Positions 13,529 through 23,631 of a DNA stretch of 64,000 bases are shown here, piece after piece (within the stretch, counting starts at the first letter, position 1; every line of letters starts with the position of its first letter). The position numbers and the translations under genes are program-made. The stretch comes from Pseudogymnoascus verrucosus (lineage: Eukaryota). The stretch lies in the NCBI GenBank assembly GCA_001662655.1, contig KV460271.1; one strand, 5' to 3'. The notes under the pieces were generated by a model, which was given only the letters and a program-made list of their open reading frames with translations, did no database searches and was not told the DNA's origin.

Positions 13529-16390
13529 TCAACAACACAGCCACTTCCTTTTTCTTCTTGGTCTGTTTGGTTGGTTTTGTCCTTCCCCAGTCTCAGGAGC
13601 CTCAGTAAGCTTTCCAGGTTCACCAGAGGTGCTAGGATCAACCGGCGCTGGAGACTTAGTAGGGGTTATAGGATCAGCAGGATTTCCAGCTGCAGCAGGG
13701 GTTTCAGGATTAGCAGGATTTCCAGCTGCAGTAGGGCCTCCACACACAACGGGATCCGGAGACTTGGGACGGGTTCCAGGCCCAGCAGGGGCCGAAGGAT
13801 TAGAAGAGCCTCCAGGCGCAGAAGAAATGTCAGGCTCAGGAGGAACCACAGGCCCAGGAAGACCCGGAGAGTCAGGAGGGATCAGAGATTTGACAGGCGG
13901 CTGTTTCGAGCCTCCCTCGCCGGATTGTTCTTTCGACTTTCTTTCGTTATACTCTCGATCTCTCTTTTCTAACGACTTCCGCAGCGACTCTTGTGCTCCG
14001 TGACTGAGGTCGAAGTATCTCAAATCAGGTTCCGCGTTCGGCCGCTGGGTCTCCGGTCCAGCTTCCTCAGCAGCCTTGGCCTTGTGGTAGGCTGCATTAT
14101 TCTCTGCGCGTTGTGCAAAATCTACAACCTTCACCTTGTCTGACCTGCGTGTCAGTGATCCCTCTTTTGAACGTATTTCTAATGCTATATCTCTCGGTTT
14201 TTCCGGTAGCACTACAGCAGGCACCTCAGATTTCTTTTTAAGTGGTGGTGGTCGAAAGGGATCCTCAGCCTCGAGCTCCGCTTGCCTAAACGCCTCCGCC
14301 AGACGCTCAGGTGGGGGCTTGTCTTCAATGCTCTCATCGTCGGAGCCGCGATAGTCAGAGTGGGGGGGGTACCAGGATGCGATTTCCCGCGCTTCTTCCG
14401 TAGCGCTGTTAAGTAGTTCGCTCACGTTTTCGGTAACTGGCTCTGCTGGCTTACCGCTGCTGGTCTTGGGACGTTTTATTTCTTCAACGGTGTCCTTTAC
14501 TACTTCACCCTCTTTTTGGCTCTTGGGTGTAAATGTACGGTTCAGCTCATTGGACATTGCCCTCAAATCACTAAACACGCCTCTCATGTTTCGTCTCCTA
14601 CGGTCCGGTTTCCTTCCAGGCTGCATCTGGTCTATCAGCGAGTTAGCAACGGCATCTGACTCTTCCATTATTTCCATATCTTTACCCTTGTCCGCTGCCT
14701 CACCCATCGTAGATTCTAACTTCGCACTTTCCTGATTGAGTTCCTCAGTCGTCATTTCCACATCCTCGATGGGATTTGCTTCTGGCAGCTTAGTATTCTT
14801 GGGAGGTGGAGGTGGCTCCGAGCCTGAACCTAGATCCAACTTTGCCTGCATCACTATCAGTGGCTCACTTTGCGCTATTGGCATATTGTTGTAAACAATA
14901 TTGCCTTGATATCTGCTATTGAGCCAAGGGACCTGATTTGAATCTTCCCAGTCGACAGCATTATCAATGGAGGGAGGTGGTAACTTTTCGGCTGACACGC
15001 GAATACTAGCCCGCAGTGCATGCTCCATCATCCGCTCCTCCTCCTCAGCACTCGTCGGGACATCACCAAATTCCCACTGGTCCTCAAACCCGGCATCGGC
15101 TGTTTTCTGCTTTGGGCTCTCTGATACCCTAAAAGGGGCTGATGGTTCCAGGAGGCGTGCTTTTGAGTTTGCGCCACCCGATGTGCAATGAAACGCCCAG
15201 TCATCTATTTGAGTCCTGTTCGGTGTTATTGCAGACCCCGACGACCTAATGCTGCTCAGGTCCGCCGTCGAGACACCGGAGGCCATCTCGTTGAACAAAG
15301 AGCTATTATTAACGCGTGTACCAGCTGAAAGAGCTGAGCCGCGCCCCCCAACGAGTCGCCAGCAACGCTCCCGTGCTTCCTTTCCTCTTTCCTCGCAAGC
15401 GGAAACATAGGCTCTAATCTTCTTCTTCTGATCGAGGCAGGCTTGCTCGAGACCTTCGGCTGAATATTGCTCGAGGTTGTATCGGAGATACTTGGCTCGC
15501 TCAGCTACTATTTGGGGATTCATGGGATCGCGGCCATATAGAGGTACTTGCGAGAGTTCTGGCAGTGTCAGAGATTGACAGCTTGAAGTATGGTAACAAA
15601 GATGATATGCGAAGGAAGCTGGTAACTTACTCGGTTCTGGCACAGCTTGGTAGGTGATCGGTTCCGTGGGACCAGCGCGACCAGATGCAACAGTCCAGTT
15701 AAACCAAGTGGGGTTAATATCCGGGCTCTCCTGAGCTTCGACTGAAGTTTCTGCACCCGGAGGGAGAAGGATACCTTCAACATCCCATCCAGCCTCAACT
15801 ATCCTGCTCGCCAGCTCTCCAAAGGCGGTTGTAATACGCGCCTCGGATAGCTCCAGGATCCATCTACACACACCCCCAGGCCCACCGTCGTTCTGGTCAT
15901 AAAGGTTGTACGGATATCCCAATCCATCTCCCTTCCCTTCATCAATATCTGCACAACATTTCCAGTCCACATCTCCAAACACCGTCTCCACAACCCATAT
16001 CCTCTGATCCTCACTCAATGCGGTGTATGCTGTCAGAAACCCGAATAGCTCCAACACGAGGAGGGATTTCTCTGCCGCATGTATCGATAACAGTTTTTGT
16101 CGCTTGGAACACCGTGAGCGTGAGCGTGGACATGCTGGTGTTATGCGGTCGCGGAATGGGGAGCGATAAACCAATTCTGGGACAATGATCGGAAAGACTG
16201 GAACAGTGGGTGATAATCGCGTCGGGCAGTTAGATGAAGGATGAATAGCATCACATGGTGGCGGGGGTAAGCATGAGCCCGAAGATGTGTTTGTGCTGCT
16301 TGGTTGCTCGTCCGAGATGGGTCCGCCATGATGCCCTTCATGAGAGCATGTGCGGCTGAAAGTTAAACGGGTGTGCTGCTTGGAAGGCAT
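13529..16390 (-). CDS. Hypothetical protein, 953 aa, with charged and Pro/Gly-rich C-terminal half ending in polybasic-CC
   Basis: Uninterrupted 2.86-kb ATG-initiated ORF; no recognisable domain; start uncertain. Confidence 0.7.
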   Translation of the reverse strand: MPSKQHTRLTFSRTCSHEGHHGGPISDEQPSSTNTSSGSCLPPPPCDAIHPSSNCPTRLSPTVPVFPIIVPELVYRSPFRDRITPACPRSRSRCSKRQKLLSIHAAEKSLLVLELFGFLTAYTALSEDQRIWVVETVFGDVDWKCCADIDEGKGDGLGYPYNLYDQNDGGPGGVCRWILELSEARITTAFGELASRIVEAGWDVEGILLPPGAETSVEAQESPDINPTWFNWTVASGRAGPTEPITYQAVPEPSKLPASFAYHLCYHTSSCQSLTLPELSQVPLYGRDPMNPQIVAERAKYLRYNLEQYSAEGLEQACLDQKKKIRAYVSACEERGKEARERCWRLVGGRGSALSAGTRVNNSSLFNEMASGVSTADLSSIRSSGSAITPNRTQIDDWAFHCTSGGANSKARLLEPSAPFRVSESPKQKTADAGFEDQWEFGDVPTSAEEEERMMEHALRASIRVSAEKLPPPSIDNAVDWEDSNQVPWLNSRYQGNIVYNNMPIAQSEPLIVMQAKLDLGSGSEPPPPPKNTKLPEANPIEDVEMTTEELNQESAKLESTMGEAADKGKDMEIMEESDAVANSLIDQMQPGRKPDRRRRNMRGVFSDLRAMSNELNRTFTPKSQKEGEVVKDTVEEIKRPKTSSGKPAEPVTENVSELLNSATEEAREIASWYPPHSDYRGSDDESIEDKPPPERLAEAFRQAELEAEDPFRPPPLKKKSEVPAVVLPEKPRDIALEIRSKEGSLTRRSDKVKVVDFAQRAENNAAYHKAKAAEEAGPETQRPNAEPDLRYFDLSHGAQESLRKSLEKRDREYNERKSKEQSGEGGSKQPPVKSLIPPDSPGLPGPVVPPEPDISSAPGGSSNPSAPAGPGTRPKSPDPVVCGGPTAAGNPANPETPAAAGNPADPITPTKSPAPVDPSTSGEPGKLTEAPETGEGQNQPNRPRRKRKWLCC
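13671..13736. repeat. 36-bp tandem duplication inside the 953-aa ORF (encodes P(T/A)AAGNPA(N/D)P twice)
   Basis: ggatcagcaggatttccagctgcagcaggggtttca followed by ggattagcaggatttccagctgcagtaggg. Confidence 0.85.
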
Positions 16391-17104
16391 CTTCGAGCGT
16401 GACTCTGTTTGCTTGTGTACGTTTCTTTGTTGTGGTTGCGACAGAGAGTCTATCTCTACTCTTCTGTCACAGTGCCTGTGCAGTTAATTATGAAGGAATA
16501 AGTTCTATTAGTAACAAACTGTTGGTAAGAAACTGTTGAGTGACAAAGTATTTACTTGCTTGGCTGAAGTTCGTGGGAGAGGGAGAAAGAGGAGAAAGGG
16601 ATCAAGGTTATTCGTCGTTGGCCAAATCGCTCCTTCCTTGTGAGAATCATAAAAATAATAAATAAATAAAATAGAAACGCTGACTGAAATATAGCAAGGT
16701 CGCAACTGCCTCCTAATAAACAATAAAGAGTATCACGTTAGCTGAGTGTTCGTCTCATCAAGTTAATCTGGCAGGCACTCTCATATTAGCTCTATCTCGT
16801 CATAACCAATGCGACTTGAGTGACTGATAGCAGTAGTTTCGACTGCCGTTGCTGTGAACACTGTTCTAATGCATGGCCCTTGTTGCTGTTCAGACTTGGC
16901 TGGTACGAGTGGTCGAGAGCCTCTGTCGCAATTACAGTTGTTATGAACACTGCTATTATCCATAGTCTGCATTTAAACTTTTGGGCGGCATGAGCAGTAA
17001 TATTGAAGAAGATAAATGCTCCTACAGGCTGTCTCATAACGCCTCATAATGCTTCAGGCCCATACATGAACTTCGATGGCCGTATTCGTTGGTAGAATTT
17101 ATAT

Positions 17105-17615
17105 CTAAGCTTTATATTTGCCAGGTTTCGATGTATCTTCATCTTTACTCCTGCTTCTATATTGTTCTTTCAAGAACTCTTCAACTTGGACATCATTCTC
17201 AGGCCTGGTTGGAGGCTTCCCAACATCTTCAACCTTCGCCTCACTAGTTGAGGCTTCCTGCTTGCCTTGGATTACAGATTGGACTGTTGAAGCTCCGAGA
17301 ATGCAAGACGCCGCTGCATTGGTGGTCAGCACTTATACATATACAGGTATTATTTCTCCTGCGGATTTAGTTACCCCTTTCTACAATGCTTTCTTCCTCT
17401 TCCGACCCCTTCTGCTCACTTGTTGCAGCCTCGTCCAACTGCTCTTTATAGCTCACGCCTTGCGAGGGAAGTCTTCGGGAACCGTCTAGGGATTCCTCTT
17501 GTCGCCATTTCGAGGGGTTCTTGTCCTCTGAAGGGTCAAGTGTTTCAGCAACAGTATGGGTGGCTTCCGATGCTGCGGACCTAAGGCTCTCGGCCGTGGA
17601 TGGCTGGCGGGACAT
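17105..17615 (-). CDS. Small hydrophilic/acidic fungal hypothetical protein, 2 exons
   Basis: Exons 17615-17375 and 17313-17105; intron 17374-17314 (GTAAC..GCTGAC..CAG) joins two ORFs in frame. 'SYKEQLDEAA' and 'PPTRPENDVQVEEFLKEQYRS' resemble a conserved ascomycete family. Confidence 0.75.
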
Positions 17616-17768
17616 TTTTTGACGCTGTAGAGTAAGCAGGTTAGCCACCGGTCTTGATGGGAGTTATGGCCACTCACATTTTACACGTTTCAATGCACTA
17701 TATAATTAAGTATGAGGTATCAACCGTCCTTCACTTCATGGAAGGTACTACCTGAAGCTCCCCAGGCG

Positions 17769-17778
17769 GTGACGTCAC
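17769..17778. promoter_or_regulatory. CRE/ATF palindrome GTGACGTCAC in the divergent promoter between the small acidic gene and the CobW gene
   Basis: Perfect 10-bp palindrome containing TGACGTCA, about 150 bp upstream of the minus-strand ATG at 17615. Confidence 0.4.
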
Positions 17779-18110
17779 TTGTAGGATTGAGACTGGTCAT
17801 GATTGTAAAGAACCAAATCCACCTGGCTTTTGCAAGAACGCATATTTACCTGAAATGAAGTTTCTATATAGAAGGGTATACCACGCCGAGCTCAAGGTAC
17901 AATAACAAAGAGGGTGTGCCATCTAATGTTTGGTGGGATGGACCCTTTGTGGTTTTGTGTAGCTGCGATGCAACCAATGACGTTGGTGCCTGGCGATTTC
18001 AATAGATTAGATAAGATTTTATCGACATCAACTTCCCCCGCCAAGTCCCCCCCACCAAGTTCACGGCTGAAGATATTCCTACATCAAGTCCTTGTCCTCA
18101 GCAACTTACA

Positions 18111-19235
18111 ATGGCACCCATCCCCATAACTCTCGTGACGGGGTTCCTAGGAAGTGGGAAAACCACGCTCCTTCTGTCCCTGATCCCCCAGCTCAAAGCT
18201 CTCAACCCCGACTACAAGCTCGCGCTGCTCAAGAACGAATTCGGCGATCTAGCAATCGACTCGCAGCTCGCCTCTTCCAATGCAATCTCTGGCGTCCGGG
18301 AAATGCTGAATGGTTGCATATGCTGCAACCTTGTCGGACAGCTCGGCCCAGCACTAGAGGAGCTGCGCGAATCCGTTCCCGGCCTCGACCGTGTTGTCAT
18401 TGAGACTTCTGGTTCTGCATTTCCTGCGACACTGGCCATGGAGGTGAACAGGCTGGCGCGGGAAACGAAAGGTCAATATGCGCTCGATGGCGTGGTGACG
18501 GTCATTGATGTCGAGAACTGGAAGGGCTACGAGGATACGAGTTATACCGCGAAGCTGCAGGCGAAATTCACGGATCTGATTGTGTTTAATAAATGGGAAG
18601 CGGCTGGGGAGAGGAGATTCGACGAGTGCCTTGATAGGCTGGGGGATATGGAGGGTGTAGACGTTGCTTGGGTCAAGAGTGACAAAGGAAGCGTGCCGCA
18701 AGGCGTTATATTTGGCATTGATGGCGGCCTCGCAAAGGAGCTCGGTGAGGAGACTTCAGAGCATGCACATAGCCATGAAGGCACAGATGGGCACAAGCAT
18801 ACGAACGAAGAACATCACCAAAGTGAAGTTGAAGTTTTGTCAGTGACGCTGACATCTGGAGAGAGTGATAACACTGTGGACACCGTTCATCTCACAAAAT
18901 TACTGCAAAGGGCGCCAAAGGATGAAGTATACCGCATAAAGGCGCTTTTTACTGCTTCCAAGCCAATTTCCGGATCTGATGCGGATATTGCTATCACCGA
19001 CGCACCGAGTGGGCCATCAAGATATATTCTCAACTGGGCATTTGGGAGGTGGACATGCACACCAGTACCAGAAGGGGTCGATGAACACGAATCTAGTGAC
19101 GGCGTTATACTTCGGATGACCATTATTTTAGCGCGATATGAGAGTACGAAATGGAAGAAAAGGATAGAAAACGATGGGTTTGTCGGCTTGGAAGGGCAAG
19201 ATAAGGGATCATTAAAAGTTGAGAAGATTGCTTGA
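18111..19235 (+). CDS. ZNG1: CobW/COG0523-family G3E GTPase, zinc metallochaperone (ZNG1-like)
   Basis: Walker A GFLGSGKTT, NEFGD, GCICC metal motif, IETSG, NKWE in the G4 position and His-rich linker HAHSHEGTDGHKH; intronless 374 aa. The family is secure; exact orthology to ZNG1 is not. Confidence 0.85.
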   Translation: MAPIPITLVTGFLGSGKTTLLLSLIPQLKALNPDYKLALLKNEFGDLAIDSQLASSNAISGVREMLNGCICCNLVGQLGPALEELRESVPGLDRVVIETSGSAFPATLAMEVNRLARETKGQYALDGVVTVIDVENWKGYEDTSYTAKLQAKFTDLIVFNKWEAAGERRFDECLDRLGDMEGVDVAWVKSDKGSVPQGVIFGIDGGLAKELGEETSEHAHSHEGTDGHKHTNEEHHQSEVEVLSVTLTSGESDNTVDTVHLTKLLQRAPKDEVYRIKALFTASKPISGSDADIAITDAPSGPSRYILNWAFGRWTCTPVPEGVDEHESSDGVILRMTIILARYESTKWKKRIENDGFVGLEGQDKGSLKVEKIA

Positions 19236-19911
19236 TACATTAACGACATAGAAGCGAGACGAGACAGATTCTAGACTTCAAAGAACGGGGCGCAGAGGTT
19301 CCATATATGTATACACGATACTCCACGACTCATGAAAGAAGAGGCTTTACATAGTCAACATTTATAGACAATGGAATAATCGCCGCTACCAATACCTACG
19401 CCAATGACACATACTATATATATGTGTCTGAGTGTATACAATTTTTATGGGTGCATCAGCTTGTTCCTGAGCATGCACCAAACCACTATGTGGTAAGGAC
19501 GAGGGGTCAATATTATTTATTAGCCCCAATTTTTTTGTTGAAATTCCCATGAGAGACATTCGATTCATGCAGATATTCGAGTCAAAGACGTCTATTTTCA
19601 GAACAAACACTTCCAGTCACAACCACAATCACCCGTTGTCTTCTAAACAATGTGTTTAATGGTTGAGACGAACGTCGGACAATGGCCCTTTGATTCTTTG
19701 CAGAAAAATCACAAAGAGTCGCAGCTGCCTTCAAGTTCGATTCATTTCTTTTATAGCCACCAAGTTTTCCTTTTGTCCTTTTCCCATCTCCCATTTCCTT
19801 ATATAATGGCCGTTTCCTGTTCTGCGCCTCCACAAAATTCCTTGCGAAAGAAAACAAGAATCACAAACGTCACTTTCCATACCAAACCCCACATATCTCA
19901 ATTGAGAAAAC

Positions 19912-21894
19912 ATGGAAAAAATGTCATCAAAATTAACAAATCATAGTGCCTCATATGGGAGTGGTAGGACCGAACCTGGTCCTGGCTCGGCTACACAGTT
20001 GGCCAGAGACTATCTTCGAGAAAGATTGTATGGAAATTCCAAACAAGGATTCATCGATATGAAGCCATATCCCTCACAAATCGTACAGGTAGGGTCAAAA
20101 CGAAGGTTCAGGACTCATAAAAATCCCCTGCGGAATGACCTGTGGCCAGGAGTCATCGAAGCAGAGAAGCAGGCTGAGAAGGAACGAGGTAGAAGACGGC
20201 ATAAGCGAAAACGAAGGCCATCTGACTTGACTCTGCCACCCAGCAATACCATATTTCAAAGCCCGTCAGGCAAAGTCCCAGGCGGCCCACAAGAGTCCTC
20301 GGCCTCGAGGTTGCGTTGCGATGGTAGTTTCGGCTACGAGAACCACCTAGGAGCAGAGCACGACTCCTCCAGAAGATATTCATTATATCGAAATGGGGAT
20401 GAGCCTTCTGTCGCAGACGTGCGCGAAAAGCGCGCGGCAATCGTATTGGGCGAGTTGGAACGCGTCATACCCCCATCTAAGTTTGCGTTGAGAGACCTCA
20501 GGGCAGCAGCAAGACCGCATGCCCTCACTTGGGCCACCCTTTCTGGGCCCGTCGACACCTCCTTCCCCAACCCCCCCGAGATCTCTCCTCCGAATTCCTC
20601 CTCTTCTGTATCCCCACAACACAAATACACATCCACACCACCCTCTTCTTACAGCAGCGCAAACCGCCTTGCAGTACCCCATGCCCCTGCGCTCTCAAAC
20701 CTTCCAAATTCGGCCGACGTCTCCCAGAGTGGGCACCGCCGTTCCGCCCTCTCAAGCCTAGCCTTCTCCGCCGATCTCCTAGATTCGACAAGGAGAACCA
20801 TTACCTCCGCCATCCGCCGCAGCGCTGAGAAGACAGTCCATAGCTTTTCCCATCGCAGCAATGATGCCAATTACCCCGACGATGATGAGGAAAGCTTCTA
20901 CTGCATCGGAGAGCCTCTTCTACCAGCCTTCCATCTCACAGAAACAATTCCAAGTCCAGTTTCTAGTTTCACGTCCTCGATACACAGTTCCGACCTCAGC
21001 CTCGATTCCTCCGGGGTTACGAGAGGAAGACGGCTATACCCGGAGAATAGGGGTGTATGGATGGATGCAGAGACCGAGTGCAGGTTATGCAAGAGGAAGT
21101 TCCCAGCAGGGCCGAGAGGGCTATGTTCAAGTTGCGAAGAAGAATTCAAGAGGCCTATCACGAGGTACGTAGCCTTCCCCTTCGATGAGGAGATCGAGCC
21201 GGTACTACCGCTGAGGATTGTGAAGGTAGCTGCTAAAAACCGTGGGTTTGAAAACAACACTAACCAACTGCCTCCATCCAACAGTGCAACAAAATCCAGG
21301 AAGCTAGGGAGTATATTTGGTCAAGATCCCGGCCTGGCACCGACGATTCCGCTGCCGAAAATACCAACCACGGACGCGAAGGCGCATACTGGTGACAGTG
21401 CCACTGGGCTACGACTTCCATCCGTGGAGCACCGTGCGAAAGTAGTCGAGTCGCCAGGATATGCGAGTCAGGAGGCCGAGGTGCAGAGCGTGTTACAAAC
21501 CGCGATGTCTCTCCGCACCAAAAACCGCCTCTTGAGGAGAAAAAATCTAGAATCGATGTCGAGGGAACAGGATGACGAGTGGAACCCCCCCTGTCTGCGC
21601 GTGGCATACAATAACACGGCGGAAACCGCGCTTTCTGACAAGGTTGCACGGGAAGAGAAGCCAAAGGAAACCGTACCGACGATCGAGGGTGGCGAGCACT
21701 TAGCGGGGAGAGAAAGACGGGGGTCATTGATTAGGGGATCCCATAACAGAAGGCGGCCGAATTCGCGTGGAGAGGAAGCCAAACACGATCAAGGGATAGT
21801 GAGGAGGGATACGTCCTTCTATAGCTTTTATGATGAGATTTTAAAAGATGCGAAAGAGAGGCCTGCGAGGAGGCGGGATGATGGACGTGGTTGA
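19912..21894 (+). CDS. Hypothetical Ser/Pro/Arg-rich protein with a CxxC-x12-CxxC motif
   Basis: 660-aa ORF containing CRLCKRKFPAGPRGLCSSC and C-terminal RRDTSFYSFYDEIL; start uncertain. Confidence 0.7.
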   Translation: MEKMSSKLTNHSASYGSGRTEPGPGSATQLARDYLRERLYGNSKQGFIDMKPYPSQIVQVGSKRRFRTHKNPLRNDLWPGVIEAEKQAEKERGRRRHKRKRRPSDLTLPPSNTIFQSPSGKVPGGPQESSASRLRCDGSFGYENHLGAEHDSSRRYSLYRNGDEPSVADVREKRAAIVLGELERVIPPSKFALRDLRAAARPHALTWATLSGPVDTSFPNPPEISPPNSSSSVSPQHKYTSTPPSSYSSANRLAVPHAPALSNLPNSADVSQSGHRRSALSSLAFSADLLDSTRRTITSAIRRSAEKTVHSFSHRSNDANYPDDDEESFYCIGEPLLPAFHLTETIPSPVSSFTSSIHSSDLSLDSSGVTRGRRLYPENRGVWMDAETECRLCKRKFPAGPRGLCSSCEEEFKRPITRYVAFPFDEEIEPVLPLRIVKVAAKNRGFENNTNQLPPSNSATKSRKLGSIFGQDPGLAPTIPLPKIPTTDAKAHTGDSATGLRLPSVEHRAKVVESPGYASQEAEVQSVLQTAMSLRTKNRLLRRKNLESMSREQDDEWNPPCLRVAYNNTAETALSDKVAREEKPKETVPTIEGGEHLAGRERRGSLIRGSHNRRRPNSRGEEAKHDQGIVRRDTSFYSFYDEILKDAKERPARRRDDGRG

Positions 21895-22032
21895 GCAAGT
21901 AGTATATATTGACAATACACAAATTTATTCATATTTGCTATAAATACCTAATTTGAGGGTGATATATTGAAGTCTGTCCTTTCACCCATGTAACTGTTAT
22001 ACAGGCCCTTACCCAGACTTTATACGGACCGT

Positions 22033-23631
22033 CTAGTCTTTATCCCCCCCCTTTCTCTTTCCACGCCGCGCGCGGCTGTACTCGTCCATTTCCAACCCCG
22101 CGGGCTCATCATTCCACTTCCAAAAGTTGCTCTCTTCATGTGTCTCATCGATCCTGTCACGCTGGTACTCCCCGTAATCCTCCTCGTCCTCGTCCACCTC
22201 ACCTACCTCCTCAACCACAAATGACGTCCCTGTCGCCGGTCCGTACCCGTACGGAAAGTACTTCGACGCCTTGGCTACCAGCGCCTCCTTCGCTCGCTGC
22301 TTATCCCCAGGCGCCATCGGCTCGGCCAAGAGCTTCGGATGCTTTTTGGCCTGCGCTACAAAGCTTGCCTTGTCCTCGGGTATGTCTGCAAAGAAATACC
22401 TGTTATCTGCTCCCCAGTCAAGGTGAATCACGTAGCACGGCAGTATTTGGGCGCTATTGAATACGACATATTCATACTCATAGTTGCCGACGTGGCTATG
22501 AGCGCCTGGATATGGCCCACTACGCGTCCACCAGTAGTCATCACGGAACATCTGTGCGGAGCGGCCCATGAGCGTCGCGCAGACGAGTAGCTTCAAGCCC
22601 CAGAAGCCGTCGGGTGCAGTGGGTTGCGCCTCGGAGCCAGAGTAGGAGAGAGAGAACTCGGCTGAAGGGGAGGAGTAGATCCCCCGGCCGTAAGTACTTC
22701 CACAGCGGACGGGAAGAGCTTCGCCGGTCGTGGGGTTTATGGCCCCCGGCGCGAGAAAGCCGTTCTGTACGATGGAGGGGACGAAACGGTTACTGGTGCC
22801 GTGGAAGGTAAGTTTGGGAGCGGCGATATGCTCGACCAGCTCCTCGACCGTGTCGCGCCTACTGCTTTGATCCTTAGTGATGCAGGCCATGAGCTCATGC
22901 CGTGGCAGTGCTGTGAGTTGGTCGCGGATCTCGTTTTGGCATGCGATAAACTTGGAGTAGAGATTATCACGGAGGACGCTCTCCACGTGAAGTATTCGGA
23001 AGAAAGGGGGGACGAGAGCGCAGATCTCATCTGGCAATTTACCCAGGACATCGGAAGCCTTCCTGTCTATGGTGATAGATGATAAGTCTATACCTTCGCC
23101 AGAGACTAGATCATTTTTGAACCTGTTTCTAGATTAGTTCATAGCTGTCTTAACAATGTTAGATACAGCATACTTAGCACCTGCTCGATCTTCCACGCTT
23201 TCTTCTCGGGGTCCCATAATCGAGTCTCGATAACTCTCGAGGTGCCCAAAGGCCCTCCGAGCCACATGAAATGCAGACATTTCAAATTCAAAAATCCCAA
23301 AATCATCACTATGAGCTCTCCTGCGCCATCCATCATAGTTGTTCGTATCTGCATCCCGTGCCACTATCTCCCGTACTGCATTGCGCAGCTCGTCCACGGC
23401 AAGACGAGGCAGCGAGATATTCTCAATCTCGACTTGGAGCTGCTCGGCGGGGTATGTTGGCCCGGTGTGCAGCGAGATCGTTAGTTCTGGGTATGATAAA
23501 ACGAGGATATCGAGGAGGTCTTCGTCGAATCGGTGGGAGGCATCGATCAGGCCGTGTTCAACAAGCTCATCAATCTCGTTAGCGCGGAGGAGACTGAGCT
23601 CCACGAGGTCCTCGTCGCTAAAGATAGGCAT
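22033..23631 (-). CDS. PARP-family (ADP-ribosyltransferase) catalytic-domain protein with N-terminal RWD-like region, 2 exons
   Basis: Exons 23631-23174 and 23122-22033; 51-nt intron 23173-23123 (GTATGC..ACTAAT..CAG) restores frame. ART motifs TFHGT, YGRGIYSS, LLVCATLMG and YEYVVFNSAQILPCYVI; N-terminal 'ELSLLRANEI...LTISLHTGPTYP' is RWD-like. Confidence 0.8.
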
